From NCBI RefSeq assembly GCF_006345805.1, contig NC_042997.1:170996001-171060000 (forward strand): a stretch of DNA of 64,000 bases. The letters run 5' to 3'. Positions 24,119 to 38,046 of this stretch are shown here, piece by piece. A model generated the notes under the pieces. It was given only the letters and a program-made list of their open reading frames with translations, did not search any database and had not been told where the DNA came from. A program made the position numbers and the translations under genes. The number at the start of each line of letters is the position of its first letter. Positions within the stretch are counted from its first letter, which is position 1. The DNA comes from Octopus sinensis (lineage: Eukaryota).

Positions 24119-24511
24119 CTTTATATATATAAAGCTGAAGTTGTCTGTGTATTGGCAGGTTTGGTAGCCTTCAACTAACACTATCTCCGACGAGACCCTG
24201 CAGCGCAAGTTGACCAAATTTGAGAGTATGATAGAAGAAGGCTTGCTCTTCCTTCCGTAGAAGAAAAAATTAAAATCGGACCATGTTAACACCAAAAGTT
24301 ATTTACATCAAAAAGGGTTTATTTTTCTATGAGAATCCCTATTTTTTACGATTTTTTTACTGTTGTGTTGCCACTTTTTGGTGTATTTCAACTAGAAAAA
24401 TATTCACTTAATGAGAATAATAAGCTATGTAATGCAGAATTTTTTACTTTTCAAAATTTCCAAGTCTAAAGGGTCGAAACAAACCTGAGCAACGCTGGGC
24501 GATACTGCTAG
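24119..24511 (+). mobile_element. Non-autonomous Helitron-like element
   Basis: Starts in tatatatataaagctg. Ends with an imperfect subterminal hairpin (cctgagcaacgctggg) followed by CTAG|T. No TSD. Confidence 0.65.
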
Positions 24512-26416
24512 TACATGATAAAAATGACAAATTTACAGTCGTGTTTGTCTGGAGATAACACCTTTTATGGATATATTGTATTTAAAAACATAATCCTTTC
24601 TATTATAGACACAAGGCCTGAAATTTGTGGGGAGGGGGTAAGTTGATTACATTGACCCCAGTGCACAACTGGTACTTATTTAATCGATCCTGAAAGGATG
24701 AAAGGCAAAGTAGACCTTGGCGGAATTTGAACTCAGAATGTAGCGACAGACGAAATACCACTTAGCATTTCGTCCGGTGAAAACATTATATATACCAGAG
24801 TCAGGCAAAAATCATCTTAGGAGCAGCTGGTAAGAATGAAAGAACCATTTCTACTTTTCTGGGCATTGTCAATAGCATGTACACATTAAGATGAAATTTG
24901 TCACCACATATACATAGTAAAACATCATCATCATCATCGTTTAACATCCATTTTCCATGCTAGCATGGGTTGGACGGTTTGACTGGGGTCTGGGAAGCCA
25001 GGAGGCTGCACCAGGCTCCGGTCTGATCTGGCAGTGTTTCTACAGCTGGATGCCCTTCCTAACACCAACCACTCCGTGAGTGTAGTGGGTGCTTTTTACG
25101 TGCCACCGGCACAGAAGCCAGTCAAGGCAGCACTGAATGAATAATCACTGGTGTTGTAAACAACCATCCAGCTCATGGTGCTCAGATTGCTCCAGAAGGC
25201 AAGAGGCACCTACTTTTATAAATAATTTTAGGATATTTTGAAAAAAAAGGACATTTAAAAATGTAATTGCAAACTTACAAAAAAAAAAAACTAGTGCAAT
25301 TCAGAGAGATATGTAAATTCCAGTGAGTTATAAAACAGCATATATAAAAGATAAAAAAAAACAACAAAAAAAATGAAGAATGAATAAATAATGACTAAGG
25401 AAACTAACTGCATTTGAATAAATTCCAAATATATTTTATCAACAGGATTATATGATAGTAAAGTAGTACATTTTTTTTCATCATACAAACATGCCATTGT
25501 TCTCATCCGCAGTCTTCACTTTTATTCTTTCTGTCTTCCACTATATTGTGCTATTGAGTTAATCTCACGAAAGTAAACTTTGCCTATCATCCTTCTAGGG
25601 TCAATAAAATAAATTACCAGGAAAGTACTGGAGAACAATCTAATTGTCTATACCCATTCCTCCAAAATTTGTGGTTCTGTGCCAATGTTACTGCTATTCA
25701 TTTTCTCTAAATAAAACATGCACACAGTAAACAGCAAAAATAGTTAAATACTCATGTGTAACAGAACAATATATTCTTTTATTCTTTTACTTGTTTCAGT
25801 CATTTGACCACGGCCATGCTGGAGCACCTTCTCGACGAGTCTTAGTCGAAGAAATCAACCCCAGGACTTATTCTTTGTAAGCCTAGTACTTATTGTATTG
25901 GTTCCTTTTGTGTGTGCACACGTGCATGTACATACACACATACATGCGTTAACAGGACCCATCTAAGCAAGATATTTATTAATCACTGAGATGTGCATTG
26001 AAACTCAGCAGGTACTTGGTGCTATGACTTCAAGTTTATGAAGAAAAAAAACAAAAACAACAAAAAACTCTTGGAAGAATGGACCTCAGATATACCTGCA
26101 AAAATATTGTACCTCTATTTACCATACTGAAAGCTGTTTGGATTATCTAAAGTGATTTCTTCCCCCACTCTCTCTCTCTGTCTCACATACACACACATTT
26201 ATACTCCACCAGCCCACCCAAACCTCAGAGCTGAAAATAAGTTAATCAAATAAATGTGTCAACAGTATGAAAATGAACTTACTCAATAATATGAGCATAG
26301 AAGACTGTTTTTAATTATGTCTGCTCTTGAACTAATTATCAAGTATTAGCAAGCACAAAGTATCATTTCAGTGTTTATAAACCAAAGAGCCCATATGCTA
26401 AAGTTAAAAATCTACA

Positions 26417-26456
<40 letters not shown>

Positions 26457-27554
26457 ACTTTCTCCCTCTCTAATAAGTTTTGCTAGTTTTAAGCATTTTG
26501 AAAATTATACAGGGTGTATTCGTTTTAGTATTTTAAGGTTAGGTAGGGTTATGTACACATGTTAGCACAAGCAACTGATATTACAAACTCGCCTCCTTCT
26601 AAATAAACACCTGACATAGTTAGAAAGTACTAAGTCAGGAGGTTAGTTTCGACAATTGACCATACTGAAAGTACCTCAGAGAGCTTCAGACTAGCAGTAA
26701 GTGTTATAAACAGCTACTTTGCACTTGACAATATTACTACATAGCCGACTAAGTCACTTATCACAGCTAAAAAGGGTGACCGAAAGTGAAGCTTGTGAGA
26801 CAGCACATTTAAAATAGTCAAGCAGCTGTTAAAAATTCAGAAGCTAATGAACCAAACTTTGATTAAATATAGTTAAATAGCTGTTATGAAAGCTGAAGTG
26901 TCCTCATGCTGTTATACTGTTCGTTAGCTCTGTTATAGAGATTAAAAAAAAATACTAATAACACAGAACTACTGTTTATAATGAACATATAGTAAATTAA
27001 TTAGAAATTTACAATACTACCATCTCTGCTAATAAACACTATCACCATCATAAGCAAACATCTCTCACAAAAATCTAGCACTGTACCATACTGAGCAAGC
27101 ATTATTAATTTTGTTTCCATATTTCTACTGAAACCTACTGCCTTTGATTTAATTAATTTTAAAAATGATGAAGAATTTAGTTAACTTTGTCATTATTAGG
27201 GTAGTGTTTGTATCTTACACTAACATGAAATTTTGATGGAATTTGGATCACACTACAAAAGTAAGTTTGTGTCATAAAACCGAGGAAGGTCTGAGATGTA
27301 CTGATATCAGAAAAGTTAAAGCAATGAGTGGTGAATGGCAGGTGAATCAGAAAATGTATCAGAGAACATACATTGCAGTACAGTTACTATTTGGGTACAA
27401 ATCCCGCTGATGTTGACTTTGTCTTTCATCCTTCAAGGGTCAATAAAATAAATCAAGAGTCACATACTGGTTCTAATTAAAATCAGCTGTATGAGCCCTA
27501 TCTATGCCCATGCCAGAAATCATTTATCACAGCTAAAACAAGATTTTATCTTTT

Positions 27555-28135
27555 ATTTTTTACTTGTTTCACTCATTAGACTGAAGCCATTCTGGAGCAC
27601 TGCTTTGAAGAATTCAATTGAATGAATTGATCTCACTGATCTCTTTTGTTGAACTACTTTGTTACAGAGACATAAACATACCTATTTCTTTACTACCCAC
27701 AAGGGGCTAAACACTGAGAGGACAAACAAGGACAGACAAATGGAATAAGTCAATTATATCGACCCCAGTGCATAACTGGTACTTATTTAATCAACCCCGA
27801 AAGGATGAAAGGCAAAGTCGACCTTGGCGGAATTTTAACTCAGAATGTAATGGCAGAGGAAATACCGCCAAGCATTTCGGCCGGTGTGCTAACGTTTCTG
27901 CCAGCTCGCCGCCTTAAACATACCAACACTAGTTGTCAAAGCAGTGGTGAGGGACAAACACACATACAACACATATACACGTGTGATAGGCTTCTTTCCA
28001 CCTGCCAAATCCACTCACAAGGCTTTGGTCAACCCAAGGCTATAATAGAAGACACTTGCTTCAGGTGCTACATACTGGTAATGAACTAAGAACTATGTGG
28101 TAAGGAAGTAATCTTCTTACCACATACTCATGCCT
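27555..28135 (-). mobile_element. SINE A with a nested SINE B1 (27683-27914)
   Basis: The B1 copy is flanked by the 10-bp TSD taaacatacc (27673-82, 27915-24). Confidence 0.8.
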
Positions 28136-29038
28136 CCTTTGTTTTATTTAAAATGGTAAGAGAACAAATTAATAGTAATATTTCTCTAAGTTCAAATTCC
28201 GCAGTATTGACCCCGATATTCAACTGGTAATCATTTTATTGACCTAGAATGGATGAAAAACTGAGTCAGCCTCAGTAGATTTTTGAAATCAGAACGTAAA
28301 GACATTAAGCATTTTGTCTGGCATGTTAACAATTCTGCATTTCACCAACCAAAATCGATGATGAGTCACAACAGTACATAAACAAGGACACTTGTACTTT
28401 CAAAAACAATAGCTAGTTTTCATTTTTTTTTTTTTTATTACTCATAACACTTTTTACTGAACTGCTCAAGTAGTTTAATGATAGTTTCAAAATATTAATT
28501 AAAAATGATGCTATATTTAGAAAAATATGGCAACATTATATTTACAAAAAGACTTTCTTGTAATTATCATTATTCCAGAAACTTTTTTAAATTACAATTT
28601 TCAATATCACATCTTTATTTTCCATAGTTATCAATTATATTAAAATGCTCCCATTTCCCATCCTGCTTAAAGCAACATAATGGTAATAACTCTTACACCA
28701 ACTCATATTTCATTTTAATTATTTCTCACTTTTTACTCAGTTAGCAAGACAAATTTTCCTATTCATCTTCATTTTACTTCTCTACACTCACAATTTTATT
28801 ACTTTCTTTTTGTTTTTTTGATAGTTTCTTACTTGCACATTCTCTATTTAGCGCAACAACATATAAATTCACATAGGTGTAGGTGTGGCAGTGTGGTAAG
28901 AAGCATGCTTCCCAACCACATGATTCTGGGTTCAGTCCTACTGCATGGCACCTTGGGCAAGTGTCTTCTACTATAGCCTCTTGCTGATCAATGCTTTGTG
29001 AGTGGATTTGGTAGACAGAAACTGAAAGAAGCCTATCG

Positions 29039-29069
<31 letters not shown>

Positions 29070-29511
29070 GCATGTGTCTTTGTGTCAGTGTTTGTCTTCC
29101 ACCACCATTTGCCAACCAGTGTTGGTGTGTTTACATCCCTGTAACTTAGTGGTTTGGCAAAGAAAATTGAAAGCATAAATACCAGGCTTTAAAAAGAATA
29201 TATAAGTTTTGGGGTTGATTCATTCAACTAAAAACCCTTCAAGGCGATGCCCCAGCACGGCCATGGTCAAATGATTGAAACAAGTAAAAGATAAAAGATA
29301 GCTAAAATTTAGTTATTAGCAGTGAAAACAAAATTAGCACAGAATAGCAATCTTTATATCCTACTTAACATAGATATACTTTCAGAACAGCATAATACTG
29401 TAGTATTCATCTTGAGAAAGCATCTCATATAGACATATAGTGTTAAAAAGCACACGTGTTAGTAGCAGACAATTATTAATACGTGGATTAGAGAGAACAG
29501 CACAGTATACT

Positions 29512-29712
29512 CTGAAAAGTTCCTGGCTTTTAGATTAAAGAAAATACAGGAGGATCAGTTAATTATGATTTTATTCAACATATTCCTCTCTCAGAGTCAT
29601 ACACTTATTGCAGCCACCATCCTTCAGTTTTTCTAATCCTTGTAAAAGAAATCAGAAAGTTGGGCCTCCAACCAGGTTTTTCATGATACACTTAAAGCTA
29701 GGAACTTTTCAG
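29512..29712. mobile_element. Mariner-like MITE core
   Basis: Inverted repeats ctgaaaagttcctggcttt / aaagctaggaacttttcag. Exact termini are eroded. Confidence 0.5.
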
Positions 29713-29798
29713 CAGCAAGCCAACCCACCACTGTGTACTAAATACAAAGGTTGTGAGTAAATTTGGCTGATTTGCTGTTAGTAGTCGTTACTCTACAA

Positions 29799-29977
29799 CA
29801 GTGGTTTTCAACCAGGGTTCCACAAGAAGTTACAAAAATGCTAAAATCGACAGTAATTTTTAATTCTCCTGTGCAGATATGTGTGCATAAGACAATTAAA
29901 TTATTGCACAGGGGTTACTCGAACCAGTGAAATGTTTTCTTGGGGTCCTGCTCCAGCAAAAAGGTTGAAAAGCACTG
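29799..29977. mobile_element. Short hAT-type MITE
   Basis: TIRs cagtggttttcaacc / ggttgaaaagcactg. TSD ctctacaa / ctttacaa. Confidence 0.7.
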
Positions 29978-32601
29978 CTTTACAACTATATTGCTTTTGC
30001 TCTGCTGAAAGGTATGAATTTCACACAATCTTGGTTCAACCATATAAAACTTGAAAATCAAGAGATCTTAAACTAACATTAGAAAACCAACACTGAACAT
30101 TTGCATAACTAGCAACTGGTGCAAGTCACTGACTTCAAATGCAAACAAAGCAGCAACAGAATGCAACTGCATAATTATTATTAAAGAATTTACTTAAGAT
30201 AGCAATCAATAGCAAATCAATGTCAAGTGAAGCCTGATGTATGATAGCAAGTTTGTTATTATCAGCCTCAGCCTAATAAATAAACAACTGCCATGACCAA
30301 ACAGATTAGTATTGGAAAGACGGGTGTGGGAGTAGAACAGAGATACTAGAATCTCAGGAGTGAACAGCTGAAGTGGAATTGAAGTACAACAGAAACATGC
30401 TAACTAAACTGGTCTTGGCAATAAACGTTCGCTTGTGCATACATACTATTATTCTTTTTCTGGATTCACCCAATATGTTCCGGCCATGTTGGGGCATTTG
30501 CCTTGAAGGGTTTTAGATGATCATATCAATTTCAGTGTGCATTTTAAGTCTGGTGCTTATTTTACCAATCTGTGTTCATGAAACAGCTAATGGGATGCTA
30601 AAGGACACAGCATTTGTTTTAACATACAAGCAGATACACACACACACTAACACAAATGAGATTATGGTGAAATTCCATGCATCAAATTCCACTCATGGAA
30701 TCGGTCAACATGAGTCTACAGACACTTACCTAAGAATGGCCTTACTGTAGGATAGGATCCAGAATCACACAGCTGCAAATATCCTAACCACACATGTCTA
30801 TATACACATATATAGACATTGTGCATGTATACCTTTTATCTACATATTCATTACCTATGGCCATTAAGCCAGTACTATAAATATAACGTAACCAATAGAC
30901 TCCACCAATCGTGGAGATGAGTGGCTTAGAGGTTAGGGTGTTGCATTCATGATCATAAGATTGTGGTATCGATTCCTGGATTGAGTGATGTGTTGTACTC
31001 TTCTTGAGAAAAACACTTCATTTCACATTGCTCCAGTCCACTCAGCTGTCCAAAAAGGAGTAATCCTGTGATGGACTAGTATCCTGTCCAAGGAGTAACA
31101 TGTACCTAACAAATTCTGGGAAATAGTCCTTATGAGCTGATGGCTTGGAAAAGACCTGTGATCCATTTTGAACAGATTGGATGATGCTATAATGCAAGTG
31201 GATATAATAATGCAGACACACACACACACACACTTTTACTCACAAGCACTATTTTGCAAGCATGAGATAACTTTTATCCAGTTACTTGATTTATTAGAAA
31301 TAACAGTTGAATCGCGTTCAAACATTGCCATCTCTGAAGATAAGGATATGCTGGAGAATATTTTAAAAGAAAAGATGGTCATGGTTGGAATTTCTTTAAT
31401 CCTAAATCTACTGAATCAGAGCTGCTCTGGGGCTAAACAAACAACAACAACAACAAAAAATATCAGAAGATTCACTTCCAATATCCTACAGGTTTTTGAA
31501 CTTAAGACATGTAGCACTGAAATGTCATGCCAAATGATATCGGACAGATATGTATTTTTGATTCAATAGAATGAGTGCAATCTGATTATTTTTCTCCACA
31601 TATGTATTGGTTTTTTTCTGAATTAACAAAATACTGCAAAGTTCTAAATTTAATAATATACATTTCATATCTTAATGGAAAGAAAAAACAAAAAAAAACT
31701 CACCTAACACATCATTAGAACACGAATGAATTAAATTCTATATATAAAATATAGTTCTAGTCTTGCTTAAAAACAATTTAGGTTTAACAACCAAAAAATT
31801 GCAATTTCAACCTTAAAAATTGTTTGAGAATGAGTCCAAAAACATATTTCTGTAAAGAATTGATTTTAATATACCACCGCCACATCATTATTATTTAATG
31901 TCTATTTCTCCATATTTCATCATCATCATCAAAATTTAATGTCCGTTTTCCATACTGGCATGAGTTAGATGGTTTGACAAGAACTGGCAAGGCCAGGAGT
32001 GGCACCAGGTTCCACAGTCTGTTTTGGCTTGGTTTCTACAACTGGATCCCTTTCTAATGCCAACTACTTCACAGAGTGTACTGAGTGTTTCTTTTTTCAC
32101 ACAGCACCTTGCAAATGGAATTTGTTGCACCAGAATTTCAAAGGCTGGATGTTCTTCCTGTTGCCAAACTTCACTTGTTTCTGAGCAAGGTAATATTCCC
32201 CCATAGGCAAAAGTGTTTTCCATGAAAGACTGAAAATGAATAACATCACTTGTATGAAGGCGATGCTCGTTTACAATCACCAAATGATGTCAAACCAAAA
32301 GTAAATACACACACACACATATACAATGGGCTTCTTTAGTTTCCATCTACCAAATCCACTCACCCATACATTATATACGATGCTTCAGCATGAACACAGC
32401 TGCATCACTGAAACAAATAAAAGTGCAAAAGAATATATATAAAATATTTTGACAAATTAAATCTAAATAGTGAAGTGAATCTAATGGATTTTGTGTTTCT
32501 TAAATGGCTTATAAACACCTTCCACGCTGCAATTGTTTTCGTTCCAGCATATGGTCTCATATCAGGTCACTTGCTATGCAAGTACATCTCCGTAAATAAG
32601 A

Positions 32602-32633
<32 letters not shown>

Positions 32634-34229
32634 ATACATGATGGGCTTCTTTCAGTTTCCACCTGAAAAATCCACTCGCAAGGCTTTGACAAGCTTAGGG
32701 CTTTATTAGAGAACACTTTCCCCAGAGCAGGACTGAACTCCAGACCACATGTTTGGGAAGATAACCTTTTATCCATACAGCTATGCCTGTGCCTATATAT
32801 GGTGTGTAATTTCGCTGTTTCTATTTACTAATTACCGAATCCACACCACCTCCTCATTTCTTCTGTATATTTATTGACTGACAAATATAATAACAACCTG
32901 ACTGATAGATCACACTTGGATTCAACTCAAACTCAACTCAAGCTGTACAAGGCAAAACAAATCGAAAAAAAAAAAAAAAGCAACCATTTAGTTAATGACC
33001 TTGTATGTTCTCTCTGGATACGAGTGTTTTAACATCCGCATTATTTTAGAATGAATTTAGAAATAATTTCTTATGTAGAATTAATTAACTTGTATGCTTT
33101 GTTAAAAACACACACACAAGCACCCACACATTTTTATATAAAGTTAACTTGACATTATAAAGCAGTCTAGTTTATTGCACTCTCATTAATTTATATTTAC
33201 ATCAATTTAGACATTAAGAAATAAAATAACACTATACAATATACCATTACAGTAATATCTAAGCATTCAGCTAAAGAGATTATGCAATAGAATTTAAGAG
33301 ATGTCTGTCTGTTTCTTTCTCTCTTTTTCTTCTTTATCCACACTCTTTGCACTTATTTCGTCAATAAAAAAAAGAAAAAGAAAAAGAAAGTTGACAGCCA
33401 ACCTAAAAGTTAGACATTTCCAAGTTTTGATATCAGCTTATATCTCACACTTGAGAAGCATTCAAGTTATCTGAGCTGACAGTTTAAAAGCAAGGAACAG
33501 TACGACTGAATACATACACGACTATGAAGTAGAGAGGATAAGTACAAATAGCAAATTATATGGAGAGAGAGAGAGTGAACTGTTTTACACACACACACGC
33601 AAACATAAATACACATTAATGAGAAAATATTTACACTTATTATTTCTAAATTGAATGGCCACTAAAGGGCAAGACTTGAATATTATCCAAGTTCAAATAT
33701 TCCATTATTATTCATGAGACTTTTGTAAATGTGTGAAATACTATAATAATCAATAGATCAGAAAGGCCAGGCAGTGGTTGACAATCAGACAATAAAATGG
33801 AATATCTAATTGAATATACATAGATATATCATTATTGTTGTTGTTGTTATTATTGTTATTATTATCATTATGTTTTCTACACAAACATGATACTTTTATT
33901 GTAGGGAACAATAGGGAGTAAAATTACAAATCTATTTAATAGTGTACTATCTTATATTCATATGTGTGTGTATAATATATATATATATATACACTCACAT
34001 ACACACACAGAGGCATCCTCTGTGTAACGGCCACTTCAGGTTATGGGATTCACACTTTACAGAAATTTTAAAACACCATTTATTTTAGGGTGTAAGTCTA
34101 TAATTTCACTGTAACAGAAATTCAGACAGATTCTATCAACTTAAAACAACAGGTTCTTCTCAGCATATTGGCTTAGATCAAAGTGAAGTTAACAATTTGA
34201 AAAAGAAAACTAGAATCACAATACATACA

Positions 34230-34296
34230 TACAGTAAGTAATCCCTCGACTATCATGGGTATTATGTTCCAAATCCACAAAGTAGAAACAGTACTG

Positions 34297-34331
<35 letters not shown>

Positions 34332-34457
34332 TAATTATTTTTATAATTTGTATATATTATTTTATTATAAATGCAAAACAACACCACGGAGGAATTAACA
34401 TAAGCTTAAATAATAAACCGCGTTAGGTGAACCGCAATACGGCAAAGGATTATTGTA
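34230..34457. mobile_element. Tigger/pogo-like MITE
   Basis: Ends tacagtaa(gtaa)tccctcg / caaaggattattgta with TA flanks; internal (TA)n. Confidence 0.55.
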
Positions 34458-35135
34458 TACATGAGAGTCTGCATCACTATAAATATCTATGGAGGGTGAG
34501 ATGGAATTTTTCACAGTGGATATTTGTGTGTATGTTCATGCATATATTTTGGGGTTGGAATGGGCATCTATTTATCTATCTATCATCTCTGTATACATAC
34601 ATCTATGTATAAACCAACCTTCACTGCCATTACTATATTTACATTTAAAACCAATAGAACCACCATCAACACCAAAACAATTGTTTATTGCCTGTTTCTT
34701 ATCAACATTACAGCTCTTTGGTATGTTTTTTTCCCTCGTATTAGGTGTAAAGAATGGTGTTCACAGGATTGAGTTGCAATGCTTGGGGAGGGGGGAGAGA
34801 GAGAGAAGGGGCTTGGTTGCTAATGCTAACAGTTGAAGTGATTGTCTATAATTATATACATGGAACATGGTTTAGTATGGCTGTAAAAAATGTGAACAAG
34901 ACTTGACTAACTGGATGTGATGCCTTGTTTCAAGTTGTGCTTTTCTATTCCCTTCAGTACATGCAAAGTTTGAACAGCTCATTTTAAATTTAGAATTCAG
35001 TTGCCCTATTTTCTGTGGAACATGTCAGCCCTTGATAACTTTTTAAATACCATTCTTGCTTGACTGTATATTCTTTAGGTTTTCTTTAATATGTATTTCA
35101 GTTTTACCAATGCCAAAAAGTACTTGCTGGCTTAT

Positions 35136-35317
35136 TTAACACTTTAGCATTCAGATTACTCTGTCAAATGTAATGCTTATCTGTTCACATTGTTTTGAAT
35201 TAACCATGCAATATCTCACAGCTTTCAAATTTTGATGATATGACTTTCTTTTTAGAGTGACATTACAGGGTAGGTGTGAGAGGCCTGATCTGGCCAGTTT
35301 AAATACTGAAGGGTTAA
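35136..35317. mobile_element. TTAA-flanked (piggyBac-like) MITE; related fragments at ~540-610, 1393-1522, 5790-5937, 7135-7342, 13350-13452, 54140-54292
   Basis: ttaacactttagcatt ... aatactgaagggttaa inverted ends. The same internal sequence recurs at the listed positions. Confidence 0.6.
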
Positions 35318-36015
35318 ATATCATTGGCAGCCTAGTTCACTTCATGAATAAAATAAATACATACTATCACTATTTAGCAACTCAAGAACAAAAAATATTG
35401 CTACAATATGGAAACAGTTAGCAGTTATATGCTAAAAGCTACATGCATGAAATCAACAAAGTAATTTGAATAATTGATCAATACTAAAGAGCTCCAAACT
35501 GCATGATAATCCTTACCTAGTTAGTCTGCAGATAGCTGAATGGGATAGAGTTTCTGGTGACTTATTCACAGATTAACAATCACTTCAAAAATCAAATGGA
35601 AATTGTAGTTGTGATACATGTGCCGGTGGCACATAAAAAGCACCATCCGAACGTGGCCGATGCCAGTGCCACCTTGACTGGCTTCCGTGCCGGTGGCACA
35701 TAAGAAGCACCAACCGATCGTGACCGTTGCCAGCTTCGCCTGGCACCTGTGCCAGTGGCACGTAAAAAGCACCCACTACACTCATGGAGTGGTTGGTGTT
35801 AGGAAGGGCATCCAGCTGTAGAAACACTGCCAGATCAGACTGAGTCTGGTGCAGCCTCCTGGCTTCCCAGACCCTGGTCAAACCATCCAACCCATGCTAC
35901 CATGGAAAATGGACGTTAAACGATGATGATGATTAGTTGTTTGATGTCTGTGTGAAAGTATGGCGTGTTAGCTGAGAAGTTAATTTGCCTTTAACTGCAC
36001 TTCAATCCTTTAATC

Positions 36016-36541
36016 TAGTGGTTCTCAACTAGGGTCCATATAAGATTTTTTGGGGTTCATGCAAGCAAAATAGTAATTCAGGGATTCACAGTATTATATT
36101 AAGGGGTCATGAAAAAATTTGCTTTAGATGTATTTATTGCAAAAAACAGCTATTTTTTAAAATATTTTTTTTAATCTCTAATGCTAAACTTATTTCAACA
36201 TGGCTGTCGACAAATTTTTCCACTTTGTAAGGGTAATTTACCCAATATTTCTGCTGTTCTAATGGTGTCTGTGTTCAAAACAATTTTTTTATCTTTGTAT
36301 CTTACAATATACATTTCAGCACTTATATATATAAAAAAAAAAAAATGTTGGTTTGTTTAAATTTATATACACATAGTTCAACATGTTTCATGCAAGCAAC
36401 CATGTGAAAAACAACATAAGAATTTTGAAATAAGTATCTATGATACTAGTTTTTAAATCAATGAATAGCTACGGGGTCTGCCAGAATAAAATAGTAATCA
36501 AAGGGATCTATTGGTAAAAAAAAAATGGTTGAGAACCACTG
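36016..36541. mobile_element. hAT-type MITE
   Basis: TIRs (t/c)agtggttctcaac / gttgagaaccactg. 8-bp TSD ctttaatc / ctttcatc (one mismatch). Confidence 0.75.
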
Positions 36542-37983
36542 CTTTCATCCATTCATACTAAGTTTTCAGTCAACAGTTAAGCACTATTTCAATATACTTA
36601 ACAACAGACCGATTTCTGTATCAAGAAAATAACTTGCACCTTTTATCTTTTATTTTTCATATTTTACTTGTTTCACTCACTGAACTGTGGCCATGCTGGA
36701 GTACCTCCTTGAAGGATTTTAGTCAAACAAATTGACCCCAGTACTTATTTGTTTTTCAAGTCAAGTACTTATTCTATCGATCTTCTTTGCCAAGCCACTA
36801 AATTATGGTGGACATAAACAAACCAACATCGGTTGTCAAGTGGTTGGTGGGTGCCAAATACTCACTACCTGCAGCTATAAGTGTGTAAAGCAATTTTTAA
36901 AACAAAAAATAGTAGAAGAGGGAACCTATACTATGAGGTCTTTTAACTGACCAGAAACAGCTACAAAATTTCCTTTTGTTCACACCCAACCAAAAAAAAA
37001 ATGGTATTACTAGAATACCTGTGATCTTATGTCTGCTTCATCAGGATTGACCAATGACAATCAATAACGGCAGCATGCCAACATGGGCGCCTCTACAGTG
37101 TAAATCATGTTGCTAGAAATATCAGCCAATACATGTTGGATCTAAACAACGGCAAGAAACATAGTTCACAAGGAAATGTTTCAACACAGCCTGAACTTAC
37201 TTTGGCTTTAAGCAATTTAAAGACCACACATATATAGACACAGATGCTCACTATATTTGCCTGTGTATCAGATAGATGTGCTAGAAAATAATAGTCTCGT
37301 CCTTTTCAAGGGAATATTTAAGAGGTAATTAGGAGAAATAAAAATTCAATATTTTTTTTTTTTGTTCAATGTGTATTGATGTAATATATAGCTAGAAGAT
37401 CACCACCCAGGAATGGAATGTTTCAAATATAGTTTTGGTAGTGGTGGTGGTGAATTTACTTTGTTTACATACGCTAGAAATAGAATCAAAGAAAATGAGA
37501 TTTAGATCAAAAAAGTTTTACTGTAGAGATACATCATCCTGTTCATACCAATATTTATTGCATTACAGATATCATCTAATGATAAAAAAAAAAAGAAGTC
37601 TCCAAGAGTTGATTTTGGCAAAGACAATTACGAAAATGTGCAGTTACAGTATTCAGATATATTAATAAAACTTGAATTACAAGAGTTAAAAAAAACAACA
37701 ACAACAATATTAATAATAAACCTTGGGCAAAATAAAACTTCCTGGTACAAACTATAATCTAAAATAATATTTTATTGCTGAAGGGAAAATAAAAAGAAGC
37801 AACGAAAGAAAGCCTCTCGCTATACAAATTAATAACCAAATCAAAATTTTTAAGATAAGAAGTATCTGATGAGAAATATTGATTTTTGTGTATCAATAAC
37901 ACTTTGCAAGGCATAAGCAGTGTGAAGGAATAGTCGTGGAAGTGAGAGACAATTGATTGTTTGCACCTCTTTTTGGCTTTTAC

Positions 37984-38046
37984 CAAAATATTGACATCCT
38001 TTAGTTGAAACAAGGTATCATTGGTGTCATGTGACTGGCTTGCTAG
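37984..38046 (-). CDS. Candidate internal exon (63 nt, phase 0-0)
   Basis: Branch-like ctgac plus pyrimidine tract tttttttcacttttacatcag, donor gtaaaa. Only one frame is open: LASQSHDTNDTLFQLKDVNIL. Confidence 0.3.

Noticed and set aside
31241-31348. Candidate exon with a strong gtgagt donor (…MAMFERDSTVISNK…)
   Set aside because: Its acceptor and most of its body align with the same dispersed repeat; exonisation cannot be supported without RNA data.
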